Below are positions 9,041 through 19,880 of a DNA stretch of 32,000 nucleotides, one piece after another; the first letter of the stretch is position 1; every line of letters begins with the position of its first letter. Location: the NCBI GenBank assembly GCA_000008885.1, contig BA000021.3:390001-422000 (forward strand), in the 5' to 3' direction. The DNA comes from Wigglesworthia glossinidia endosymbiont of Glossina brevipalpis (lineage in GTDB: Bacteria; Pseudomonadota; Gammaproteobacteria; Enterobacterales; Enterobacteriaceae). Made by a program: the position numbers and the translations under genes. The notes beneath the pieces were generated by a model. That model had not been told where the DNA came from, ran no database searches, and was given only the letters and a program-made list of their open reading frames with translations.

Positions 9041-10435
9041 TTAATTTTTATTTCCAATCATGTTTTCTGGACGAACTAAAATATCAAATTGACTCTCTGA
9101 AATATAATTCAATTTCAAACAAGCTTCTTTTAAAGTAATATTTTCATTGTGAGCTAATTTTGCTATTTTTGCAGATTTATCATATCCTATATGAGGAGTT
9201 AATGATGTAACTAGCATCAAAGATTCTTTAAGAAATTTTTTTATTCTTTTAATATTTGGTTTAATACCAATAACACATTTTTTGTTAAAGCTTTTTATTC
9301 CATCAGATAATATTCTTACGGATTGTAAAAAATTATAAATAATCATAGGTCGAAATACATTCAATTGAAAATTTCCAGACAATCCTCCTATTCCTATGGC
9401 GGAGTCGTTTCCTATTACTTGACAGCATATCATAGATATAGATTCGCATTGAGTTGGATTAACTTTACCGGGCATTATAGAACTTCCTGGTTCATTTTCT
9501 GGAATAATTAATTCTCCTATTCCACATCTTGGGCCAGAAGATAACCAACGTATATCATTTGATATTTTCATAATTGAAATAGATAAATTTTTTAAAGTGC
9601 TATGAACTTTTACTATTGCATCACATGTACTTAAAGATTCAAATTTATTTGTAGAACTAATAAAATTATGTTTATTTATTTCTGACAATAATTTAGATGC
9701 TTTTAATGAATATTTTTCGTGAGCATTTAACCCAGTTCCTACGGCTGTACCACCTAAAGCTATTTCAGAAATACAAAGTATGCTATTTTTTATATATTTA
9801 ATGTTTTTTTTCAACATACAATACCAAGAAGAAACTTCTTGGCCTAAAGTCAATGGAGTTGCATCTTGCAGGTGAGTTCTTCCAATTTTAATAATATCTT
9901 TAAATAATATAGATTTATCATAAAATGATTTTTTTAATTTAATTAAATTCGGTAATAAATTTTTCTTTAAAGACAAAACTGCAGATATATGCATTGCTGT
10001 AGGAAATACATCATTAGAACTTTGACTTTTATTTACATGATCGTTAGGATGTATTATTGAATAGTCTCCATACTTTCCTCCTAATAATTTTATTGCAATA
10101 TTAGCTATTACTTCATTTACGTTCATGTTTGTTTGAGTTCCAGATCCAGTTTGCCAAATTACCAAAGGAAAACTATCTTTGTATTTTCCAGATAATATCT
10201 CTTCAGAAGCTTTAATTATAGCATCAGCTTTTTTTTCTTCTAATAATTTTAGATCTTTATTAACTTTTGCTGCTACAAGTTTTATTTGAACTAAAGCGTG
10301 AATAAGCTCATAAGGCATTTTCTCTGTAGAGATATTAAAATTATAAATAGATCTTTGAGTTTGGGATCCCCACAAACATTTTTTTGGCAATTCAACTTCG
10401 CCAATAGTATCTTTTTCTATTCTATTAATTAACAT
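9041..10435 (-). CDS. fumC: Fumarate hydratase class II
   Basis: 464 aa; WGSQTQRS, QTGSGTQTNMNVNEV, GRTHLQDATPLTLGQE and the signature GSSIMPGKVNPTQCE. Confidence 0.96.
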   Translation of the reverse strand: MLINRIEKDTIGEVELPKKCLWGSQTQRSIYNFNISTEKMPYELIHALVQIKLVAAKVNKDLKLLEEKKADAIIKASEEILSGKYKDSFPLVIWQTGSGTQTNMNVNEVIANIAIKLLGGKYGDYSIIHPNDHVNKSQSSNDVFPTAMHISAVLSLKKNLLPNLIKLKKSFYDKSILFKDIIKIGRTHLQDATPLTLGQEVSSWYCMLKKNIKYIKNSILCISEIALGGTAVGTGLNAHEKYSLKASKLLSEINKHNFISSTNKFESLSTCDAIVKVHSTLKNLSISIMKISNDIRWLSSGPRCGIGELIIPENEPGSSIMPGKVNPTQCESISMICCQVIGNDSAIGIGGLSGNFQLNVFRPMIIYNFLQSVRILSDGIKSFNKKCVIGIKPNIKRIKKFLKESLMLVTSLTPHIGYDKSAKIAKLAHNENITLKEACLKLNYISESQFDILVRPENMIGNKN

Positions 10436-10482
10436 ATATAGATTCCATAATTAACAAATATAAATATATTATATAAAAATAT

Positions 10483-11307
10483 TTAGTATTTATTGAAAAA
10501 ATTTATTAAAGCTTGATTAATACGTTTATGTTTTGTTTTTTCAAATAAATTTTCTATAATATTTTTCATTTTCAAATTTATTATTTTTCCTTCTAAATAA
10601 TCATCAATTACATCATATTTTATTCCTAATGATTTTTCGTCTGGATATCCTGGTCTATCATCTTCTAGATCTGCAGTAGGTATTTTTGAATACAAACGTT
10701 TTGGACATTTAAGGTATATTAAAATTTTTTTTACCTGTCTTTTGTTTAAATGTAATATTGGATTTAAATCAACAGCGGAATCTCCATGTTTAGTAAAAAA
10801 TCCAGTTATAGATTCTGCGGCATTACATGTTCCAACTACTATTCCAGATGTCATTCCAGCGACACTATACTGTACTTTCATTCTTTCTCTAGATTTTTCA
10901 TTACCTTTAATATGATCTGTTATATTTATACCGGATTTTTTTAAAGAAAAAACACTTGCTTTTACTGCGCTCTTTATATTTATTTTTATGACTTTATCTG
11001 GATTAATAAATTTTATTGCTAATTTGCAGTCAATTTCATCCATTTGTTTTCCATATGGTAATCTAAGAGCTATGAATTTATAATTCAAATTATTATTTTT
11101 TTTTTTCATTTCCTTTATAACTTCATAACAAATTTTTCCTGTTAAAGTAGAATCTTGTCCACCGCTAACTCCTAACACCAATGTTCTTAAATATGAAAAC
11201 TTATTCAGATAAGATATAAAAAAATTTTTAATTCTTTCAAATTCATGTTTTTCTTCAAAATTTGGTTGCACATTGAATTCTTTTATAATTTTTTTTTGTG
11301 TATTCAT
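10483..11307 (-). CDS. nadE: NH3-dependent NAD+ synthetase
   Basis: 274 aa; LVLGVSGGQDSTLTGK (PP-loop), RLPYG, ITGFFTKHGD and PTADLEDDRPGYPDE. Confidence 0.96.
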   Translation of the reverse strand: MNTQKKIIKEFNVQPNFEEKHEFERIKNFFISYLNKFSYLRTLVLGVSGGQDSTLTGKICYEVIKEMKKKNNNLNYKFIALRLPYGKQMDEIDCKLAIKFINPDKVIKINIKSAVKASVFSLKKSGINITDHIKGNEKSRERMKVQYSVAGMTSGIVVGTCNAAESITGFFTKHGDSAVDLNPILHLNKRQVKKILIYLKCPKRLYSKIPTADLEDDRPGYPDEKSLGIKYDVIDDYLEGKIINLKMKNIIENLFEKTKHKRINQALINFFNKY

Positions 11308-11354
11308 ATTGTTATTGCTTAATATTAATTTATATTAATGCCATAAAATCTTAT

Positions 11355-12200
11355 TTACAAAAAAGATTTAATTAAATCATCTATAGTTTTTGCTTGATTT
11401 AATGTAAGCTCTAATTTTTTTAGAGGTATTGCGCAAGGCCCATCACATTTAGCTTGCTCTGGATTTGTATGAGATTCTATAAATATTCCTGCTATTCCAA
11501 CAGATATTCCCGCTCTTGATAAAGAATTTACTTGATCATTGTTTCCGCTAGACACTGGGCTAAGAAATTTTCTATTTTGAAGAGAATGTGTTACGTCTAG
11601 TATTATTGGATATCCTCCAGATATTTTTTTCATTACATCTAATCCTAGTATATCTACAATTAAATTGTTATATCCAAACATAGTTCCTCTTTCGCATATA
11701 ATTATTTTCTTATTTCCTAAACTTTTTATCTTTTCTATAATATAAATAATTTGATCAGGAGATAAAAATTGAGGTTTTTTAATGTTCAACACTTTTCCTG
11801 TGTTTGCTGCAGATGCTATTAAATCTGTTTGACGAGCTAAAAAAGCTGGTATTTGAATTATATCTACTACTTCTGATACATGATCTGCCTGAGTTGAATC
11901 GTGTATGTCGGTCATTATTTTTACATTAAATTTTTTTTTAATTTCAGAAAAAATTTTAATTCCATTTTTTAGACCAGGGCCTCTATATGAGTTTATAGAA
12001 GAACGATTAGCTTTATCAAAAGATGCTTTGAAAACAAAAGGTATATTTAATTTGTTTGTTATTTTTACAAAATGTTCACAAACTTTCATTGTTATATCAT
12101 ATTTTTCTAATACATTTAATCCTCCAAATACAACCATTGGGAGACTATTTGATATTTTTATATTTTCTAAATTAATTGTTATATTTTTTTTATATTTCAT
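11355..12200 (-). CDS. kdsA: 3-deoxy-D-manno-octulosonate 8-phosphate (KDO-8-P) synthase
   Basis: 281 aa; [64 protein letters not shown]. Confidence 0.96.
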   Translation of the reverse strand: MKYKKNITINLENIKISNSLPMVVFGGLNVLEKYDITMKVCEHFVKITNKLNIPFVFKASFDKANRSSINSYRGPGLKNGIKIFSEIKKKFNVKIMTDIHDSTQADHVSEVVDIIQIPAFLARQTDLIASAANTGKVLNIKKPQFLSPDQIIYIIEKIKSLGNKKIIICERGTMFGYNNLIVDILGLDVMKKISGGYPIILDVTHSLQNRKFLSPVSSGNNDQVNSLSRAGISVGIAGIFIESHTNPEQAKCDGPCAIPLKKLELTLNQAKTIDDLIKSFL

Positions 12201-12234
12201 TAAATATTATTATTTTTATATCAAAGTATATATT

Positions 12235-13080
12235 TTAATTTAAAATGCCATAAGTTACTCTTTCTTTTCTTGTGTAATCAAAACAAGTGCAAACTGATTT
12301 ATATCCATTAGAAAGAAATAAATTTCTTACATCTTCTCCTTGCTGAAATCCGTGTTCAACTAATAAATATCCTTTTCTTTTTAAAAATTTTTTTGAAATT
12401 TTACAAATAATTTTTATATCTTTTAAACCGTCTCTTCCAGAAATTAAAGCAGATTTAGGCTCAAATTTTAAATCTCCTTTTAATAAACATGGATCGTTCT
12501 TTTTTATATATGGAGGATTTGTTATTATCATAGAATATATTTTTTTATCTTTTAAATATTTCCAGTTTATTTTTTTAAATTTTACATTATTTATATTTAA
12601 CATTTTTGCATTTTTTCTAGAAAGAAATATAGATTTTTTATTTTTATCAATTCCAGTAATAATCCATTTTGGATTTTCTTTTCCTAAAGATAGAGATATT
12701 ACTCCGCTCCCACTTCCTAATTCTAATATGCGTGATTCCTTTTTTAAAGGAAGAGATAAAGCTGTTTCAATCAAACATTCTGTATCATGTCTAGGAATAA
12801 ATATACCGCAACTAATTTTTATTTTTATTGACCAAAATTCATGAGATTTTATTAAATATGAAATTGGTTCTCCTAATTTTCTACGTATTAATAGATTTTT
12901 AAGCTTATAATATTGATTCTTTGTAAGATAATTTTCTCCATGTAAAATAATTTTTTTACTATCTACTCTTAAAACATGTTTCAACAATAATTCTGATTCT
13001 TTTATAGAACAATAATTATTTGTAATATTTAATATTTTTGCAGATTCATACATCCATTCATTCCAGCTTATATATTTCAT
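12235..13080 (-). CDS. prmC: Peptide chain release factor N5-glutamine methyltransferase
   Basis: 281 aa; GEPISYLIKSHEFW, IPRHDTECLIE, ILELGSGSGVISLSL and the NPPYI motif. Confidence 0.95.
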   Translation of the reverse strand: MKYISWNEWMYESAKILNITNNYCSIKESELLLKHVLRVDSKKIILHGENYLTKNQYYKLKNLLIRRKLGEPISYLIKSHEFWSIKIKISCGIFIPRHDTECLIETALSLPLKKESRILELGSGSGVISLSLGKENPKWIITGIDKNKKSIFLSRKNAKMLNINNVKFKKINWKYLKDKKIYSMIITNPPYIKKNDPCLLKGDLKFEPKSALISGRDGLKDIKIICKISKKFLKRKGYLLVEHGFQQGEDVRNLFLSNGYKSVCTCFDYTRKERVTYGILN

Positions 13081-13084
13081 ATTA

Positions 13085-14179
13085 TTATTTTAATATTTCT
13101 TTAATTTTTTCTAATTCATACTTTTCTAAAATTGGATTAATTAATATATTTAAATTTCCGTCCATAACTTCATCTATTTTGTATATTGTTAAATTAATTC
13201 TATGATCTGTAATCCTACCTTGAGGAAAATTATATGTACGAATGCGATCTGACCTGTCTCCACTTCCTAATAAGGATTTACGTATAATTTCTTCTTTTTG
13301 TTTTTTGTTTTTTAATAAATTAGCTTGTAATCTTGATTTTAAAACTAACATTGCTTTAGATTTATTTTTATGCTGAGATCTTTCATCTTGACATTCTACG
13401 ACTATATTTGTTGGTATATGAGTTATTCTGATAGCGGAATCAGTTGTATTAATATGCTGTCCTCCCGCCCCGGAAGATCTAAAAGTATCTATTCTTAAGT
13501 CTGATGTTTTAATTTTAGGTAATTTAAAATCTAACATTTCTGGCATTACTGCAATTGTACACGTTGATGTGTGAATTCTTCCTTGAGATTCTGTTTCTGG
13601 TATTCTTTGAACTCTGTGACCTCCAGATTCAAATTTCAATTTATTATATGCGTTTTTATTGCAAATTTTTATAATAACTTCTTTATATCCTCCATGCTCA
13701 GAATTACTATAATTTATAATATCAGTTTTCCAATTTTTTATTTCAGAATATTTTATATACATTCTACATAAATCTCTAACAAACAAGGATGCTTCTTTTC
13801 CCCCTGTTCCAGATCTAATTTCTATGAAACAATTACATATATATTCATCTTCATTTGGTATTAAATATAATATTATTTTCTTTTCAATTAATTTTTTTTT
13901 ATTTTTATAAATATTTATTTCATTTTTAGCCAAATCGTGCATTTCTGGATCTAACAACATTGTTTTTGTTGATTCTATTGTATTATTTATAGATTCTAAA
14001 GACTTTAAATATTTATTTAATATATTCAATTTGGAATATTCTTTAGATAACAAAAAAAAATTTTTTTGTTTTTTAGCTGAAAACGGATCACTAAGGATAA
14101 TTTTTATCTCTTTGTACCTATTTTTTAATTTTTTTAATTTTTGCACTAATGCATAATTCTTTTCAAAAGAAAATTTCAT
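13085..14179 (-). CDS. prfA: Peptide chain release factor 1
   Basis: 364 aa; [40 protein letters not shown] contains the GGQ motif; [22 protein letters not shown]. Confidence 0.96.
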
Positions 14180-14201
14180 ATTTGTTTTTTTATTAAAACT
14201 T

Positions 14202-15464
14202 TTACAAATCTATTTTTAATTTATTATATAAATCGTATAAATCTTTATTATTTTTAGAGCATGATGTATTATATAACAATTTTGTTGGTTTATGAACTAA
14301 TCTGTTTGTTAGTTTATATGTTAGTTTTTTTATAATATTTTCTGGATTATTTCCAAGCTTTAATTCTAAAAGTGCTTTTTTCTCATATATTTTTTTTAAT
14401 TTATTAATTTGAAACCTGTACTTTTTGATAATTTCTGACGAATAATATCCTTTTATATGACTCATAAATTTAATGCTTTCTTTTTTTATAATATTTTCTG
14501 CTAAAGTTGCAGCATTTTTTCTTTTTTCTAAATTATTAGTAATTAAATCTTTTAAATCTTCTAATGTGTATAAATGTACTCCTGTTATTTTTTTTATTTT
14601 TTTATCTATATTTCTTGGAATAGATATATCAATAAATATTATTTTCTTATTTTTATTTTTTTCGATGATACTTTTAATGATTTTATATGTTATTATTAAC
14701 TTTCTACTATATGTAGAAGTAATAATAACTTGCATTTTATTTAAATTTTTAAAAATTTCATTAAATTCTACCACACAACCATTGACTTTAATTGCTAAAT
14801 TTTTTGCATGATCTATTGTTCTATTGGAAATAAATAAATCTTTTATTTTATATTTAAATAATTGTTTTGCTATTAATTCATTAATAGTTCCTGAACCTAT
14901 CAACATTACTTTTATTTCAGTAAAAGAAATAAAAATTTTTTTTAATAAAACACATATTATGTATGGTATTGATATAGAATAAGATCCAATTTTTGTTTCT
15001 GATCTGATTTTTTTAGCTACAGAAAAGGCGCTTTCAAATAATTTTTGTAAATCTATAGAAATATTTTTATTTTTTAAAGATCTGAAAAATGCGGATTTAA
15101 CTTGACTTAATATTTGATGTTCTCCTAAAATCATAGAATCTAATCCACTTGTAACTCTCATCAAATGAGACACTGCATAATTATCTATATAAGAATAAAA
15201 ATTGTTTTTTATTTCTTTAATTTTTAAATCATTAAAAAATTTATACAACCACAATATTATTATTTTTTTTGCTTTATAAAAATTTTTTATGCTTAAATAA
15301 ACTTCTGTTCTATTACATGTAGATAAAATAACTCCGCCTAATATATCTGATTTTTTTAATAAATTATTTAGCGCAATATTTATATTTTCAGGAGAAAATA
15401 TTACTCTTTCTCTTAAAGAGATCGGGGCTGTTTTATAACTTATGCCAAATACAAGCAATTTCAT
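14202..15464 (-). CDS. hemA: Glutamyl-tRNA reductase
   Basis: 420 aa; [46 protein letters not shown]. Confidence 0.96.
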
Positions 15465-15615
15465 AAATGATTTATTTAAAATAGTTAATCTTTAATATTT
15501 TTTTATTATTTTATAAAATTATATATGCTTAGTTTTTAATTTCATAAAAAAATTTTTAAAAATTTCAGATTTATTTTATTTAAAAAATAAATATACCTTT
15601 TCAAAGGAAAATATT

Positions 15616-16226
15616 ATGCTAAATAAGACTAAAATATTTAATATTTTATTAATTTTTATACTAATATTGTCTGGATGTACAAAGAGCAATTTAAAAAATA
15701 AAAAAACTAATAATATAAATATAAATAAAATAAATATAAAAAAATCAATTGAATTTAATAATTATAAAGTATATGGAAATTTTTTTTTACTTATAAATCA
15801 AATTCAATAAAAATGAATTTTTTTTTATTAAAAAAAAATGATTATTATAATTTAGTTTTGCATCATCCTTTTATGGGATTTGAAATAAATTTCAACATTT
15901 TTCCAAAATTTGTAGAAGTCATAGATAATTATGGTAAAAAATATATTGAAAATGATATAGAAAGCATTTTTAAAAAAATTATTGGATTTAATATTCCATT
16001 AAATGATATTCAAAATTTAATAATTGGAAATCCAAAAAATATTACTGGAATAAAATATAATATAGATGGTATATTGTATAAGGCAAAATACAGTTCTACT
16101 AAATACGAATGGAATATTGAATATATAGATTATTATAAATATATTTTTTCTATTTTACCTAAAAAAATAAAATTATTTAAAAATAAATGCATTTTAATAA
16201 TAAAAATAAATCGTTGGATTGTTTAA
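15616..16226 (+). CDS. lolB: Outer-membrane lipoprotein assembly factor LolB, split over two reading frames (15616..15810 and 15813..16226). A single -1 shift or one extra T at the T9 run 15780-15788 restores it.
   Basis: First part has a signal peptide/lipobox (ILLIFILILSGC). The second part matches LolB: YYNLVLHHPFMGFEINF, GFNIPLNDIQNLIIGNPKN, terminal ..NRWIV. Joined text YKVYGNFFFTYKSNSIKMNFFLLKKNDYYNLVLHHPFMG aligns without gaps to E. coli [39 protein letters not shown]. Syntenic between hemA and ispE. Confidence 0.85.
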
Positions 16227-17101
16227 ATACAAAAATATGGCCATCTCCAGCAAAAATAAATTTATTTTTATCAGTCACTGGAATTAGAAAAGACGGATAT
16301 CATTTTATACAAACTTTATTTCAATTTTTGAATTATGGAGATTATTTAATTTTTAATACTACTTCGGATAAAAAAATAAAATTAATAAATAAAATACATG
16401 GAATTAGAAATGAAAATAATCTAATTATTAGAGCAGCTAAATCTTTAAAAGATTTTATGTGGAAAAATAAAAATCATGATACTCCTGGAGTAAAAATTTT
16501 CATTAAAAAATATATACCTATAGGAGGAGGATTAGGAGGAGGATCTTCTAATGCAGCAACAACTTTAATAGCTTTAAACGAACATTGGAAATGTAAATTA
16601 AGTTTAAATACTTTAGCGGATTTAGGATTACAAATCGGAATAGATATTCCAGTTTTTATATATGGAAAATCAGCATTTGCAGAAGGTATAGGAGAAAAAT
16701 TATCATTGTTTCAACCTAAAGAAAAATTTTATTTAATAGTAATACCACCTATAAAAATTTCTACTAAATTAATATTTAATAAATTTATTTTAAATAAAAA
16801 AAGTTATTTAAAATCTTGTAATCAATATTTGAAAAAACCATTAAAAAATGATTTTGAACCAATGATAAGAAAAAATTTTATTATTATTGATAATTTAATT
16901 AATTATTTGTCTAAATTTTCAAATTTTAGATTAACTGGAACAGGTAGCTGCATTTTTTCTGAATTTGATTCAGAATGTAAAGCTAAAGAAATATTGTATA
17001 AATTACCAAATAAAATCAAAGGATTTGTTAGCAAAGGAACCAATATATCTTATCTAAAAGAAATTTTAAAAATAAGATCTAATTTTAATGTTTTATCTTA
17101 A
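16187..17101 (+). CDS. ispE: 4-diphosphocytidyl-2-C-methyl-D-erythritol kinase; the exact start is uncertain and overlaps the lolB 3' end
   Basis: 304 aa ORF; WPSPAKINLFLSVTGIRKDGYH, IGGGLGGGSSNAATTL (GHMP kinase motif), FRLTGTGSCIF. Confidence 0.95.
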   Translation: MHFNNKNKSLDCLNTKIWPSPAKINLFLSVTGIRKDGYHFIQTLFQFLNYGDYLIFNTTSDKKIKLINKIHGIRNENNLIIRAAKSLKDFMWKNKNHDTPGVKIFIKKYIPIGGGLGGGSSNAATTLIALNEHWKCKLSLNTLADLGLQIGIDIPVFIYGKSAFAEGIGEKLSLFQPKEKFYLIVIPPIKISTKLIFNKFILNKKSYLKSCNQYLKKPLKNDFEPMIRKNFIIIDNLINYLSKFSNFRLTGTGSCIFSEFDSECKAKEILYKLPNKIKGFVSKGTNISYLKEILKIRSNFNVLS

Positions 17102-17162
17102 AGATTAAAAAATTAAACGCTAATATATTTAGTATGGGAAAATTAGGATAATTGAATTAATA

Positions 17163-18080
17163 ATGAAAATTTTTTCTGGAAGCTCAAATATTAAATTATC
17201 TAATAAAATTGCTAATCTTCTTGGGATTAGTATATCAAATTCTGAAATTAACAAATTTCAAGACGGAGAAATAAATATAAAAATTAACGAAAATGTTAGA
17301 GGAGAAGAAGTATTCATAATACAATCTATGTGTTTTCCAGTAAATGATAATTTTATGGAACTAGTTATCACAGCTGATGCTCTTAAAAGAGCTTCTGCTA
17401 AAAAAATTATAGCGGTAATACCATATCTTGGTTATTCTAGACAAGATAGAAGAGTTTATAATGAACAAGTACCAATCACTGCAAAAATGATAGCTAATTT
17501 GTTAGCTGCATCAGGAATATGTCATGTTATAATTGTTGATTTACATTGCGAACAAATACAAGGATTTTTCGATATAATATTAGATTCTATAACTACTGAA
17601 AATATATTTTTTAATGATATTATTAGTCAAAAATTAAATCAACCTGTTTTAGTTTCTCCTGATTTTGGCGGAATGAAAAGAGTAAGAAGAATTTCAAAAA
17701 TGTTAAATCATAAAGATATAGTAATAATAGAAAAATACAGACCTAAATTAAACGAATCAGAAGTAATAAAGGTAATAGGAGATGTAAACAATAGAGATTG
17801 TATTTTGTTGGACGATATAATTGATACCGCATCAACATTGTGCAAGTCTGCTTTATGCCTAAAAAAATTAGGAGCATCTAAAATAATCTGCTATGCTACT
17901 CATCCAGTTTTTTCTAAAAAATCATATAAAAACATAAAAAATTCAGAAATTGATGAATTTATTGTATGTGATTCAATTCCATTGAATGTCAATATAAAAT
18001 GTTTCAATAAAATCAGGGTTTTAACTATATCTAAAATTTTAGCAGATCATATATTTTCTATTAGTAAATTAAATAAATAA
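17163..18080 (+). CDS. prs: Ribose-phosphate pyrophosphokinase (PRPP synthetase)
   Basis: 305 aa; INENVRGEEVFIIQS, VIPYLGYSRQDRR, DLHCEQIQGFFD, ILLDDIIDTASTLCKSA. Confidence 0.95.
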   Translation: MKIFSGSSNIKLSNKIANLLGISISNSEINKFQDGEINIKINENVRGEEVFIIQSMCFPVNDNFMELVITADALKRASAKKIIAVIPYLGYSRQDRRVYNEQVPITAKMIANLLAASGICHVIIVDLHCEQIQGFFDIILDSITTENIFFNDIISQKLNQPVLVSPDFGGMKRVRRISKMLNHKDIVIIEKYRPKLNESEVIKVIGDVNNRDCILLDDIIDTASTLCKSALCLKKLGASKIICYATHPVFSKKSYKNIKNSEIDEFIVCDSIPLNVNIKCFNKIRVLTISKILADHIFSISKLNK

Positions 18081-18154
18081 TTATTTTTTTAAAATATATT
18101 AATTAAACATAATATATATTTAAAGTAAAAAAAATAAATTTTTGAACAAGTTAA

Positions 18155-18730
18155 ATGAAATTAAAATTAATTGTAGGGTTATCTAACCCGATAAATTTAT
18201 ATTACAACACCAGGCATAATATAGGATCTTGGTATATAAAATTTTTAGCTAAAAAATATAAAAAAAATTTAATAAAAAATAAAAAATATTGTTTTTATTA
18301 TATAGACGTTAAAATAGGAGATTATTATTCTAAATTAGTTATTCCAGATACTTATATGAATGTTAATGGAACAATTATTTATAATATAACTAATTTTTAT
18401 AAAATATATTCAAATGAAATGCTGATAGTTCACGATGATTTAGATCTTGATACAGGAATAGCGCGTTTTAAATTTAACCACAAAAATAGTACTCATAATG
18501 GAATAAAAAGCATATACAAATCTTTTGGAGCAAAATGTATTTTTAACACTCTTAGGATAGGAATAGGAAGACCAAAATTAAATAAAAATATTAATTCATA
18601 CTTATTAAATAATCCAAGCCCTAAAGAGGAAATATTAATTAAAAAAACAATAACAAAATGTATAAAATGCACCGATGTTTTAATAAAAAAAAACAAAGAT
18701 CATGCTATGAATATATTACATAAAAAATAA
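18155..18730 (+). CDS. pth: Peptidyl-tRNA hydrolase
   Basis: 191 aa; LIVGLSNPINLYYNTRHNIG, PDTYMNVNGTII, VHDDLDLDTG, HNGIKSI. Confidence 0.95.
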   Translation: MKLKLIVGLSNPINLYYNTRHNIGSWYIKFLAKKYKKNLIKNKKYCFYYIDVKIGDYYSKLVIPDTYMNVNGTIIYNITNFYKIYSNEMLIVHDDLDLDTGIARFKFNHKNSTHNGIKSIYKSFGAKCIFNTLRIGIGRPKLNKNINSYLLNNPSPKEEILIKKTITKCIKCTDVLIKKNKDHAMNILHKK

Positions 18731-18772
18731 GTATTGAATATAAATTTTAAAAAATATTAATCAGGATAACAC

Positions 18773-19846
18773 ATGGGATTAAAAATTGGAATTATAGGGT
18801 TGCCTAATGTTGGAAAATCTACTCTATTTAATGCTTTAACTAATTCGCAAGTTAAAGCAAAAAATTTTCCATTTTGTACAATTAAGCCAAATATAGCAAT
18901 TGCTCCAGTACCTGATGTAAGATTATTTAAGTTAAAAAATATTGTTAAATCTAAAAAAATTGTTCCTAATTTTATTGAATTTATTGATATAGCAGGATTG
19001 GTAAAAGGAGCTTCAAAAGGAGAAGGATTAGGAAATAGTTTTCTTAATCAAATTAGAAATGTTAATGTTGTTTGTCATGTTATTGAATGTTTTAGTGAAA
19101 AACTAATTTCAAAATCTGAATATGTAAAAAATATATTAAAAGATATAAAAATAATTAATGATGAACTAAGGATATCCGATATTAATTTATGCAAAAAAAA
19201 AATAGAATCATTAAAAAATAAAAACAACGAGAAAAAAGATTTATTTGAAATAGAACAATATTTAGATATTTTATTAAATAAAAATATTTGTACTCTTCAA
19301 ATATACAAAAACAGTAAAAAAATAAACTCTAATATAGATTTATTAGTCTTTAAGCCTAAAATGTATATTGTAAATATTAAAGAAAAAAATAAAAACAACG
19401 ATTTTTATTTAAAAAATATAAAATATTTTACAAATAAATATGATATTCCTACCATAGAAATATGTGCAAAATCAGAAAGTGATTATATTAGTTCTATAAA
19501 ACATAATTCTTCTAATTTTGATATAAATTCTAATTTATTAAATACAAGTCTAGGAAAAATAATTAATTGTGGTTTTAATTTGCTAAAGTTAAAAACTTTT
19601 TTTAGCGTAGGGCCAAAAGAAGTTAAAGCATGGTCTTCTGATTTAAATTCTACTGCTATTCAAGCTGCAGGTAAAATACATACTGATTTTCAAAAAGGAT
19701 TTATTAGGGCGAAAGTTATTTCTTTTTCAGATTTTATTTTTTATAAAAATTTTTTAACAGCTAAAAAATATGGAAAAATTAAAATAGAAGGAAAAAATTA
19801 TATAATAAAAGATGGAGATATAATTGAATTTTTGTTTAATGTTTAA
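18773..19846 (+). CDS. ychF: Obg-family GTPase/ATPase YchF
   Basis: 357 aa; KIGIIGLPNVGKSTLFNALT, NFPFCTIKPN, FIDIAGLVKGASKGEGLGN; C-terminal FLFNV. Confidence 0.96.
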   Translation: MGLKIGIIGLPNVGKSTLFNALTNSQVKAKNFPFCTIKPNIAIAPVPDVRLFKLKNIVKSKKIVPNFIEFIDIAGLVKGASKGEGLGNSFLNQIRNVNVVCHVIECFSEKLISKSEYVKNILKDIKIINDELRISDINLCKKKIESLKNKNNEKKDLFEIEQYLDILLNKNICTLQIYKNSKKINSNIDLLVFKPKMYIVNIKEKNKNNDFYLKNIKYFTNKYDIPTIEICAKSESDYISSIKHNSSNFDINSNLLNTSLGKIINCGFNLLKLKTFFSVGPKEVKAWSSDLNSTAIQAAGKIHTDFQKGFIRAKVISFSDFIFYKNFLTAKKYGKIKIEGKNYIIKDGDIIEFLFNV

Positions 19847-19880
19847 TATGTATTAATTTATTTAAATTTTATTTTTATTT

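Noticed and set aside
11905-12243. Plus-strand 112-aa ORF
   Set aside because: Antisense to kdsA, hydrophobic low-complexity translation.
13571-14811. Plus-strand ORFs 13571..13771 and 14473..14811
   Set aside because: Antisense to prfA and hemA; the membrane-like look is a compositional artefact of AT-rich antisense sequence.
18493-18696. Minus-strand 67-aa ORF
   Set aside because: Antisense to pth.
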